Source: the human T2T-CHM13v2.0 reference genome, Homo sapiens
NCBI RefSeq assembly: GCF_009914755.1
Contig: NC_060936.1
Direction: 5' to 3' (one strand)
Length of the DNA: 64,000 nt
Part shown: positions 40,760-51,155 of the stretch, in pieces
Layout: each line of letters begins with the position of its first letter
Numbering within the stretch: position 1 is the stretch's first letter
Notes under the pieces: model-generated
What the model was told of the DNA's origin: nothing
Databases searched by the model: none
The model's input: the letters and a program-made list of their open reading frames with translations, nothing else
Position numbers and translations under genes: made by a program

Positions 40760-41283
40760 AGAATTATGCCGAGATAGGTAACAGTTGAGGAAGAAATTTG
40801 GGCTTGATTGAAGTAATGGGGGCTGTCTGTGAAGCTTTGCGGCAGTACAGCCTAGGTAATTTGCTGAGCTTGATGGGTGTCAGGGTCAGTCCAAGTGAAA
40901 GCGAAGAGAGGCTGGGATTAAGGGTGCAAAGGAATAGTAAATAAAGCATGTTTGAGATCTAGAACAGAATAATGGGTTGTAGAGGCAGGTATTGAGGATA
41001 GGAGAGTATATGGGTTTGGCACCACGGGGTGGATAGGCAAAACAATTTGGTTGATAAAGTGCAGATCCTGAACTAACTTGTAAGGTTTGTCTGGTTTTAG
41101 GACAGGTAAAATGGGGGAATTGTAAGGAGAGTTTATAGGCTTTAAAAGGCCATGCTGTAGCAGGCGAGTGATAACAGGCTTTAATCTTTTTAAAGTGTGC
41201 TGCGGGATGGGATTTTGGCATTGAGTGGGGTAAGGGTGATTAGGTTTTAATGAGATGGTAAGGGGTGCGTGATCGGTCGCCAA
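40760..41283 (-). pseudogene. pol: HERV-H pol (RT) remnant with the YxDD region deleted
   Basis: SPYNSPILPVLKPD..LVQDL..SVLDLKHALF; then LPQSFTDSPHYFNQ runs directly into AQISSSTVTYLG; stops and frameshifts present. Confidence 0.9.
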
Positions 41284-41435
41284 GGAGGGAGTAGAGGTAT
41301 CTTATACTTGTGGGTTAAGGTAGGGGGATACAAGAGGAGGACGCAAAGGAGGCTTTGGATTGGGAAGAAGGGCGGCAATGAGATATAGCTGTAGTCCAGG
41401 ATAGTCAGGGAAGCAGATAATTTAGTTAAAGTGTC

Positions 41436-41660
41436 TCAGCCTAATAAGGGAACTGGGCAGGTGGGGATAACTAAAAAGGAGTGCTTAAAAGAGTATTGTC
41501 TAAGTTGGCACCAGAGTTGGGGAGTTTTAAGAGGTTTAGAAGCCTGGCCGTCAATACCCACAACAGTTATGGAGGCAAGGGAAACAGGCCCTTGAAAAGA
41601 AGGTAATGTGGAGTGGGTAGCCTCCATATTGATTAAGAAGGGGACGGCCTTACCTTCCAC
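41436..41660 (-). pseudogene. pro: HERV-H protease remnant
   Basis: VPFLINMEATHS (catalytic DTG replaced)...VVGIDGQ...PTCPVPLLG. Confidence 0.85.
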
Positions 41661-41839
41661 TGTGAGAGTTACTGGAAGCTCGGCGTCCGTGATGGTCTAG
41701 GGGGCTTCTGAGGCGATCGGGCAGTGTCAGTCTTCAGCTGCTAAGCCGAGAAGATCTGGGAAGGAGTCAGTCAGACAGCCTTGGGCCAGAGTTCCAGGGG
41801 ATCTGGGAGTGGCTGCCAGGTGAGTTGAACAGTCGATTT

Positions 41840-42900
41840 TCAGTGGGGTCCCACACAGATGGGACGTGGCTTAGGAGGAATCCCGGGCTGTGGGCATTCC
41901 TTGGCCCAGTGGCCAGATTTCCGGCACGTGTAGCAAGCTCCTGTTGGAGGAGGTTCTGGAGGAACGCCTGGCCGCTGTGGTTCAGGCGTTTGGAAGTTCT
42001 TGTGTGCTGGAGATGTGGCTGGGGTTTGTCTCACAGTGGAGGCAAGGAATTGCAACTTTTTTCTATTATTGTACACCTTGAAGGCGAGGTTAATTAAATC
42101 CTGTTGTGGGGTTTGAGGGCCGGAATTTAATTTTTGGAGTTTTATTTAATGTCGGGAGCAGATTGGGTAATGTATTTTGAGAATAAGACGGCCTTTTGAC
42201 CTTTTAGTGTCTAGGGCTGTAAAGTGTCTCAGAGTTGCTGCCAAACAAGTCATGAACTGGGCTGGATTTTTATATTTGATGAAAAAGAGCCTAAACGCTA
42301 TCTGATTTGGGACAAAGAAAAAGGAGCATTAACCTTGACTATGCCTTTAGCTCCAGCCACCTTTTCAAGAGTAAATTGCTGGGCAGGTGGGGGAGGGCTA
42401 GTCACGGAATGAAACTGTAAGCCGGACCAGGTGTGAGGAGGGGAGGTGATAAAAAGATTATAGGGTGGAGGAGCAGAGGCTGAGGAAGAATTGGGACCTA
42501 GCTCGGCCTGGCGAGGAACAACCTGGGGAGGAAGGGAGAGGTCAGATGGGTCTGTAGAAAAGGAAGATTAGAAAGACTCAGCGACGCTTGGGGTTGGTAC
42601 TGAGGGGACAGGTGGGAGGGAAAGAAGGAAGATTTGGGACGAGTTGCACTGGTCACAGAGACTAGGAAGGGACTAATGTGGAAAAGAATGCCTGGACGTC
42701 AGGCACCTCAGACCGTTTGCCTATTTTACAACAAGAATTATTTAGATTTTGCAGGATGGAAAAATTCAAAGTGCCATTTTCTGGCTATTTGGAACTACTG
42801 TCGAGTTTGTATTGGGGTCAAGCGGCATTGCAGAAGAAAATAAGGCATTTAGGTTTTAGGTCAGGTGTGAGTTGAAGAGGTTTTAAGTTTTTGAGAACAC
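41840..42900 (-). pseudogene. gag: HERV-H gag remnant with NC zinc knuckle
   Basis: ORF 41840-42076 contains CYTCRKSGHWAKEC (CX2CX4HX4C); the second knuckle is broken. Confidence 0.85.
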
Positions 42901-43040
42901 AGGCTAAGGGAGAAGAAGGAGGAATGGAAGGTGGAAGCTTACCCATAGTGAAGGAGGCAAGCCCAGAGAAAAGAGTAGAGACACGGAGAAGTGTTGGGGG
43001 GTTCTTGTCCTCCAGAAAAGCGGAGAAGGGGTTGGGGCAC

Positions 43041-43316
43041 GGAAATAAGGGATTGGGGCACAGAGATAAGAGGTCAGGGTGTGGAAATAAGGGATTGGGG
43101 CACAGAGATAAGAGGTTGGGGTGCGGAAATAAGCGAATGCGGGCTTCTTGCCCCCTAGGAAAGCGGGACTTGCCGCCAAGGGTGAAGGAGAAGGGGTTGA
43201 GGGGTACTTGCCCCTGCCCCAGGAAAGCGGGACTTGCCGCTAAGAGTGAAGGGGAAGTGGTTGAGGGGTACTTTCCCCTGCCCCAGGAAAGCGAGACTTG
43301 CCACTAAGGGTGAAGG
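43041..43316. repeat. HERV-H leader tandem repeats: 42 bp x ~2.2 (43041-43133) and 64 bp x ~2.5 (43157-43316)
   Basis: units GGAAATAAGGGATTGGGGCACAGAGATAAGAGG.. and AGGAAAGCGGGACTTGCCGC..GCCCC read directly. Confidence 0.9.
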
Positions 43317-43600
43317 ACCAAGGCAGGCGTCCCTGTGTGGTCTGACACCCTTGAAACGTGAGTGTATAATCAGAGAGGCGTCCCTGCAATGATTAAACAC
43401 CAAGGGAAGGCTGCCTTCCCAGTCCGTGACTGGCGCCGGAGTTTTGGGTTCATGGATAAAACATGTCTCTTTTGTCTCTACCAGAAAATGAAAGGAATTG
43501 AAATTAAGAGAAGGGAGAGATTGAAGTGTGGCGCCAAGATTGAAAGGAGAAAGAGGTTAAGGGATAGTGAGGGAGGTTGGAGAAGAGAGTAAAAAGAGGC

Positions 43601-43610
43601 CGCTTACCAG
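43601..43610 (-). other. HERV-H major splice donor CTG|GTAAGCG (exon ends at 43608)
   Basis: consensus donor ~145 nt downstream of the 5' LTR, the position of the known HERV-H donor. Confidence 0.8.
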
Positions 43611-43733
43611 ATTTGAAATTGGTGAGATGTTTCTTGAGCTGGTCGGTCTGAGGACCTGAGGTCGTAGGTGGATGTTTCTCACGGAGCAAAGAGCAGGAGG
43701 ACAGGGGATTGATCTCCTAAGGGAGGTCCCCCG

Positions 43734-43751
43734 ATCCAAGTCACGGCACCA
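43734..43751 (-). other. primer binding site complementary to tRNA-His
   Basis: TGGTGCCGTGACTTGGAT, one mismatch to the tRNA-His 3' end, just after the 5' LTR. Confidence 0.95.
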
Positions 43752-43753
43752 AA

Positions 43754-44237
43754 TTTCATGTGCGTCCGTGTGAAGAGACCACCAAACAGGCTTTGTGTGA
43801 GCAACATGGCTGTTTATTTCACCTGGGTGCAGGCGGGCTGAGGCCGAAAAGAGAGTCAGCGAAGGGAGATAGGGGTGGGGCCGTTTTATAGGATTTGGGT
43901 AGGTAAAGGAAAATTACAGTCAAAGGGGGTTTGTTCTCTGGCGAGTAGGAGTGGGGGTCGTAAGGTGCTCAGTGGGCAGGAGTGGGGGTCACAGGGTGCT
44001 CAGTGGGGGTGCTTTTTGAGCCAGGATGAGCCAGGAAGAGGACTTTCACAAGGTAATGTCATCAGTTAAGGCAAGGACCGGCCATTTACACTTCTTTTGT
44101 GGTGGAGTGTCATCAGTTAAGGTGGGGCAGGGCATATTCACTTCTTTTGTGATTCTTTAGTTACTTCAGGCCATCTGGGTGTATACGTGCAGGTCACAGG
44201 GGATGCGATGGCTTGGCTTGGGCTCAGAGGCCTGACA
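43754..44237 (-). promoter_or_regulatory. 5' LTR7 (484 bp) promoter: TATAAAA 43890-43884, ACAAAAGA SOX-like sites 44093-44100 and 44143-44150, KLF-like GCCCCACC 44121-44128
   Basis: motifs read directly; LTR7 structure. Confidence 0.9.
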
Positions 44238-45164
44238 GTCTCCTAATTCTTTTTTGTGCAGATACTGCTAAATGGGGAAATAAATGTATTGAGTTGTCTG
44301 AACTGTAACTTGAGTCCTGGACCCCAAAGACACATACAAGAACATTATATTTTTATTTTCTTTCTTAAAACCCAAATAACTACCTCTTCCATTCTCCAAA
44401 GAAGTATGCCTCAGGCAGTCTGAATCACATGACAAAAAACGTGTATATGCTTGCTTTTCCAAAAAAGGTAAGAAAATCACCTGAAATCAAAAGATGTCTT
44501 TCCATAATAAATTCCCCTCAGGTATTTTAAGTGTTTACCATCTTGTGGGAGAAAAAAATTTAGAATGAAGTAGGTGACACACTGAAAATGAAGCAGTTCC
44601 ATTTGGAAACATATACTGCCAACAGGATTTATCATTTTCAACTTTTACCGTGGGAGTTGAGCACAATATCTTAGTGAATATCTTTCTTTCTCTGCACAAA
44701 CCCCATTTCTCTGTCCTACAGACAGTATTAGCAGCTCCTGTCTACTTAACATCAAAAATGAAGATAAAACATCTCTGAAGCAAATAAAATCGATGAATGA
44801 AGAAGTTTTGATTTACAGTTCAAATTCAACTTTCCTTGACACATCTAGTGAGATATTCCCAGCTGCATTTCCCCTCTGCAGGGCTTGTTAACTGCTCCTC
44901 TGAACTAAGATGCATCTGAAAGTCTGTGTTCTCTCTTTGAAGGGGACATAATAAATACCGACTGGTCATCCTCTTTGTTATATGGTTGCTGAATACAAAT
45001 ACAGTGGTTTTCATTGGAAAGTGTGAGGGTTCTAACCAGGTTATTACAACTTCTGAAACCATGAGAGTGACCATGTTTGCAGGGATTTTCTGAAACAAAC
45101 AAACAAAATCTCTCCATAGCTGCCTAGATATACAGATCAGTCTAGGAAAAACACATACATTCTC

Positions 45165-45197
45165 TATCTCTCTCTCTCTTGCACACACACACACACA
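45165..45197. repeat. (TC)n/(CA)n microsatellite
   Basis: read directly. Confidence 0.8.
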
Positions 45198-48100
45198 TGC
45201 ACAAAGTGATATATGTATGTAGACATGTGTAGAGATGATAGATTCAGAGAAGGAGCCGGATTGATAGATGTAGAGAGATTAATAAATGAAATGAGACACT
45301 GTAAAATGAACACATACATCATAAATATTAGGAACTACAAATTTGCATAATTCTAAGGAACACTTGCAATTATAACATATACCAAAGTATTCACTTATAA
45401 TCAAAGAAATATTTTTGTGTATACTTGAGGTAATCCAGCAAATGTACTCCACTTTCTCATCTGATCTCACTTGGTGAGAAATAGATAATAGTGAAGCAAA
45501 TAGCAAAGCACTGTGTCCTTAAACATTTCAAAAGGGTATGGCATGTGAGGCTCCCATGGGAATTATCGTCACATTTTCTAAAACCGAACCCCAGTGTTAA
45601 ACAAATCTTTTCTATCCAGCCACAAGCAATGCTGTGTGCTTTAAGCCTCCCTGAGGGAGTGCTCTTGGAACTCTCAGAATCATATTCAGGGTTGCTATAT
45701 TCAATAACCCAATATGTCTTACTCCATGACATTCCTTGCAAAGAAATGCAATAAGCATAGTTTAAGTCTTTACTCACCTAAAGCAGCTCTCAAAAGACTG
45801 CCCTTCCTAGAGCCCTTTGAAAGGCAATAAGTATGCTTTTTCTATCACAAGACCCCACCCCAATGGCTAACTGCATCAAGAGTGGCCCTAACACAACGAT
45901 GACCATCTGTACACTCCTTGCTTACTTAATTGTAATTTGTGAGGCTTGGATCAAGACAGATGAGATCAGTGATTTCGAGTTCTGTGAAGAATTTACATGG
46001 AGATACTGAGAAACTGTGGAGTTTAGGTGTGGTGGGTCATCATCATAAAGGATTCCTTGATTTTGAGCAAAGCGCCTGAAGCCAAGATAATTATTAAGAA
46101 ACTTCAAGAGGGAAGATGGACCTCGGAAAACCAACATGAGATTCTGTTTTCTATACACACATGGAAATTAAATATAGTTTTATGTTTACTAAAGAATATT
46201 GTACTGTTTTTAAGCAAATTAGCAAGTCAATGAACATAATCCTAAAAAACATATATTTGAAATTGATGACATTTAAAAAGTTAGATTTTTAATTTTACCT
46301 TATAATTAATTATATTATTTAACAGAACAATATTAAAAAACTCACCACTCTTCATTGGCCTTTAAATTGAGTCAAATATGTCTCAGATTCTTTAAGTGTA
46401 AAGAAAAAAAGTGACCACATTTTTCTCCTTGAGGAATGGATGCTACTTAACAAGCACTATTAAGGAATCAACTGCAAACTAGAATAATTTAACCTCTTTT
46501 TTCCGGCACTGAATTGCCCTTTAAAAATGATAATTGGTGAGTTAAATAAAAATTCATATAAGCTTGCCCTTTACATAGCTATCAATATTTGTCAAGTTTT
46601 TATGTAATAAAATGTTCTTGGCATTTCTGTAGCATATCATATGCCAATGATTTTCAAAATGTGATAGCTAATTTTATGTAGAGATTCTTTTTAAAGAAAA
46701 ACCCTATTAGCTTGAATAATCATCATTATGAACAATAATGGCAGGAACAAAAAAGAAAAAATTTATTTCAAAATTTAGTAAATTAAAAATAAGTGAACAA
46801 CTGACTTGGTGGGGTAAGAAAATTAGGCTTAGTGTATCAAAATTTGGGAAGATGTGTATGATTACAACTTGGATGTTGGGAGCATTCTATAAAATATTGG
46901 GAACATTCTATAAAAATTGATTTTATCAAGCACGTTTTTCAGAAACTCTCTAAAGTTTATGTATCAACAGTTAGTATTTTAGGTTTATAAATGGAAATAT
47001 ATAGAGAAAAATACATCCTACTTTTTGCTATGATGATTATAAACTGTTAGAAGAGCTTTTAAATCCCTAGGTTTTTGTGGGATCTTGGTTTACATATGAC
47101 ATTTTAATTTTTCTGTACAGATCTTCTAAAATAGTAATTTAGTTTTCTCTCCTTTTTTGTTTAGTGTATCCAACAAGGATTTTCAGAGATTTCTACCTAA
47201 TGCTTTTAAAATAAATGACATCCTAAAAGTATGCTTACTAAAGGCAACAAGAACACAATGAGACACAAATGAGAGATTTTGTTTTTATTTACATATGGGA
47301 AATCATTTTTTCAATTATTAAATCAGTAATTATGGCTATTTTAGAAAAGTAATAAGGCTATATTTTATAACTGAGGGATCTGTAAGAAAAATTTGCTTTT
47401 TAGAGTCTGTAAAATAGAATGATAAATGCAACTTTAATCAGAACTCTGTATGTAGGATTATTGTTAAAAACTTTTAACCTAAAACATCAGTTGCTCTTGA
47501 GAGAATCATAACATGTATATTCTGCATTTCAAGAAATTTAAAAATACAACCAGATAGATTCATGTATTACAAATTTTTGTATCTATACCAGTACATCCAC
47601 CAGTACATCAAGTGGAAATGAAGAGGTTGATAACTTAGAACACACTATATAATCCACAACTTCAATTCACATATATTTCCTTTTATTTTTATGATACTTT
47701 TATCATATACATTGACCATCAACATTTATATTTCAATCAATATTTTAATGTAATGTCCTACTATATTGCCATCTAAAAATGAACATTTTTGTCATGGCCT
47801 GATTTTTAGTTTACTATTGTCCAATTTGATTTTAATATTGAATTTACAATCACTAGAGAATGAGAACTAGGATGCACATTTAGCATACCTCAAATAGGGT
47901 ACTATTAGAATACTTAGGTAAAGTACCACTTAAATGTTAATATTGTCTTTCTTATATAGATTACAAAATCCAAACTCCTAATAAAATTTCAAAAATAACT
48001 TTATAAAACCAAGAATGATATTTGAAATTGTCACATTGATAGAATGTCATTGATAATGACATATGATAGTCAATATAGTTTAATTGGTGAAACATGCAGT

Positions 48101-48459
48101 ATTATAAAGAGAAGGCTTTTAGCTTTATGAAGGTTAAGGAATAAATTCCTTGTGGCAGATGTATTGGAAATAATGTCTGATTTGGTAAATTGTTGTTTAA
48201 ATAACTAGCTGTGTCTATTTTTGTAAGTAACTGACAAAGTGACAAGTTTGAGTTAGACAGCCACTTACTTACCTAGAACTGCTACCCACCTGCACACTGG
48301 AGGGTACTGTTTGCTTTTCTTAAACAGATGTTTTGATTCACTAGAGTAGCATAATTAAGTATGCACACACTAAATATTTGTGAGGTTCCAACGTGTACTG
48401 ATTGCTAGACTCCGACTCATTTAATAATGTTCAATTAAAATGAGCAAATGACTGAAGAT

Positions 48460-50160
48460 ATCGCTTCTATTTTCTGGAAGAGATTATAGAGGATTGGAAT
48501 AATTTATTTTTAAAATGTTTGGTAGAATTCACCAGTGAAACTATCTGGGCCTGATGTTTCTGTTTAGAAAGATTATTAGTAATTGATTCAATTCTCTAAT
48601 AGATATAGACCTATTCAGATAATTGATTCCTACCTGTGTGAAGTTTGAGATTGTGTCTTTCAAGGAATTGGTCTATTTCATCTAAGTCATTGAATTTATG
48701 AGCACAGAGCTGTTCAAAAATAGTTCTTTATTATCATTTCAATGTCCATAGATCAGTAATGTCTTCTGTCTCTCACTTCTCACTTTTATTTTGGTTAGCC
48801 TGACTAAAGCTAAAGGCTTATCAATTGTTTTGATCTTTGTTTTTCTTACCCCCACCCCTACCCCAGACAGAGTGGTGCTCTGTCGCCTAGGCTGGAGCGC
48901 AGTGGCAAGATCTCGGCTGACTGCCACCTCCGCCTCCCAGGTTCAAAGCGATTCTCCTGCCTCAGCCTCCCCAGTAGCTGGGATTAAATGCGTCTGCCAC
49001 CACACCTGGCTAATTTTTGTATTCTTAATAGAGACCGGGTTTCACTATGTTGGCCAAGCTGGTCTCAAACTCTTGACCTCGTGATCCACCTGTCTTGGTC
49101 TCCCAAGGTGCTGGGATTACAGGCGTGAGCCACCACACCCAGCCCTGTTTTGATCTTTTTGAAACGACAGCTTTTGGTTTTATTTTGTTTTTTTTTTTTT
49201 CCTGTTGATTTCTTGTTTTCAATTTTACTTAATTCTGTGCTAATAATTTTTTTTTCTGTTTACCTTGGATCTCATTTGTCCTTCTTTTTTCTAGTTTCCT
49301 AAGATGATAGCTTAAATTATTTATTTTTGATCTTTTTGAATATATGCAGTCAATGCTGTAAATTTCTTTCTAAACACTACTTTCACTGCATCCCACAGAT
49401 TCTGATAAGCTGTGTTTTTATCTTAATTTACTTCAAAATTTGTTTAAATTTCTCTTGGGACTTCTTCCACCCAGGTGCTATACTGGAATTATTGAATCTA
49501 CAAGTTGTTTGAGATTTTTCGGGTATCCTTCCATCATTCAGTTCTAGTTTACTTCCATTTGGTTCCACTCCCTTCTACCTTGAATTGTTTCAGTGGAATC
49601 CCTGTCCTTGCTCCTACAGAGGTAAAGAGTAATCCCACTCCCCAGCTTTTTAAAATATTTTCTCTATTTTGATTTTCTGCAGTTGGAATATGATTTGCCT
49701 AGAGGTATTTTGTTTTTGTATTTATTCTGCTTGGTCTTCTATGAGCTTCCTGGATCTGTGATTTGGTGTTTATCATTAACTTTTAGAAATTCTCGTCATT
49801 ATCGCTTCAGATACTTCTTCTGTTCCTTAATCACTTTCTTCTCCTTCTGATGTTCCTATTACAGGTATGTTACACCTTTGCAATTGTCCCATAGCTCTTA
49901 AATTTTCTATTCTGTCTTATTCATTCTTTTTCATTTTGTGTTTCAGTTTTGGAAGTTTCTATTGGCATTTCTTTGAGTCACTGATTCTTTTCTTGGCTTT
50001 ATCAAGTCTACTGGTGAGCCATCAAAGATGGTCTTTATTTTTCTTACAGTGTTTTTGATTTATAGCATTCTCTTTTGATTCTTAGTTTCAATATTTCTTC
50101 TTAAATTACCCATCTGTTCTTGCATGTTGTTCACTTTTCCCATTAGAGGCCTTAGCATAT
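48460..50160 (-). mobile_element. old L1 (L1M) ORF2/ORF1 fragments
   Basis: TTTGGTAGAATTCACCAGTGAAACTATCTGGGCCTG; CACTGCATCCCACAGATT. Confidence 0.75.
48865..49145 (-). mobile_element. AluS (Sg-like)
   Basis: dimeric Alu; TSD TGTTTTGATCTTT. Confidence 0.92.
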
Positions 50161-50199
50161 TACTGTCATTAAACAAATAATTAAACAAACAACAAAAAC

Positions 50200-51155
50200 A
50201 AGAAGCTCCTAGGGGTGAGATTTGGAAGGTAGATATCAGTATCCAGAGTGTTGTAATAGTGTAACTAACCTGTCCAAGTTTTAACAAAAAAATTACAAGA
50301 CATGCAAAGAAACAAGAAAGTGTGATCTATATACAGGAAGAAGAACAGAAAAAATAAACTGTCTATGAGATTCCAGCTGAAGATTTAATAGACTAAGACT
50401 TGAAAGCGGCCATCATGAATATGTTTAAATAACTAAAGTAATCATGCTTAAAGAAATTAGAAAAGGTATAGTGACAATGTGATTGTAAATTAGTGCTGCA
50501 GCTTTTGAAAACGGCTTGGCAGTTCCTTAATAAATACATAATAAACATTAAGTTTCCATATGGCCCAAAAACCCCATCCTACATATATACAAAGAGTAAT
50601 GGAAATGTGTCCACACAAAAACTTGTACATGAATGTTCAAAGCAACTTTATTTATATTTGCCAAAAATTGAAATAACCCAAATGTTCACCAACTGATGAA
50701 TGAATACATAAAATATATTTTTAATATAAAAATATATTAATATATTTATATAGGGTATTCAGCAATTACAAGCTAAATGACTGGTACAATGAATTACTGA
50801 TACATAATTCGACATAAATGAACTTTGAAAAAGCTATGCCAGTGAAAGAAGCCAGACATAAAAGACAGCATATTTTATTATTCCATTTATATGAAGTGCC
50901 CAGAATAGGTAAATCTATAGAAACAGAAAGTATATTATCTTTTAATTAGGGCTAGGGGTAGAGATATCAGGGGGAAATTGGAAATAATTGCTAAAAGGTA
51001 GAGGATTTCTCTTTGAGTTATTAGAAATGTTCTAAAATTGATTGTGATGGTCACACAGTTTTGTGACTATACTAAATACCACTTAAATATATACTTTAAA
51101 TTAGTAAATTGTATGAAATGTGAACTATATCTCAATGAAATTGTTACAAAGAAAG
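50200..51155 (+). mobile_element. old L1 fragments (ORF1-region piece plus L1MB/ME 3' end)
   Basis: ACAAGACATGCAAAGAAACAAG; GTCCACACAAAAACTTGTACATGAATGTT; AGTGAAAGAAGCCAGAC; ATATCTCAATGAAA. Confidence 0.75.

Larger units (their letters stand above)
38437..44237 (-). mobile_element. HERV-H provirus (5.8-kb internally deleted type) with two LTR7
   Basis: paired LTRs; 5-bp TSD GTCTC (38432-38436 and 44238-44242); His PBS; PPT; gag/pro/pol remnants. Confidence 0.98.

Noticed and set aside
43733-43751. miR-4454-like or tRNA-His gene
   Set aside because: It is the proviral PBS; no tRNA body or hairpin
44905-45117. EGF-like peptide (NPCKHG...CIC)
   Set aside because: Only four cysteines with wrong spacing and a weak donor; likely chance
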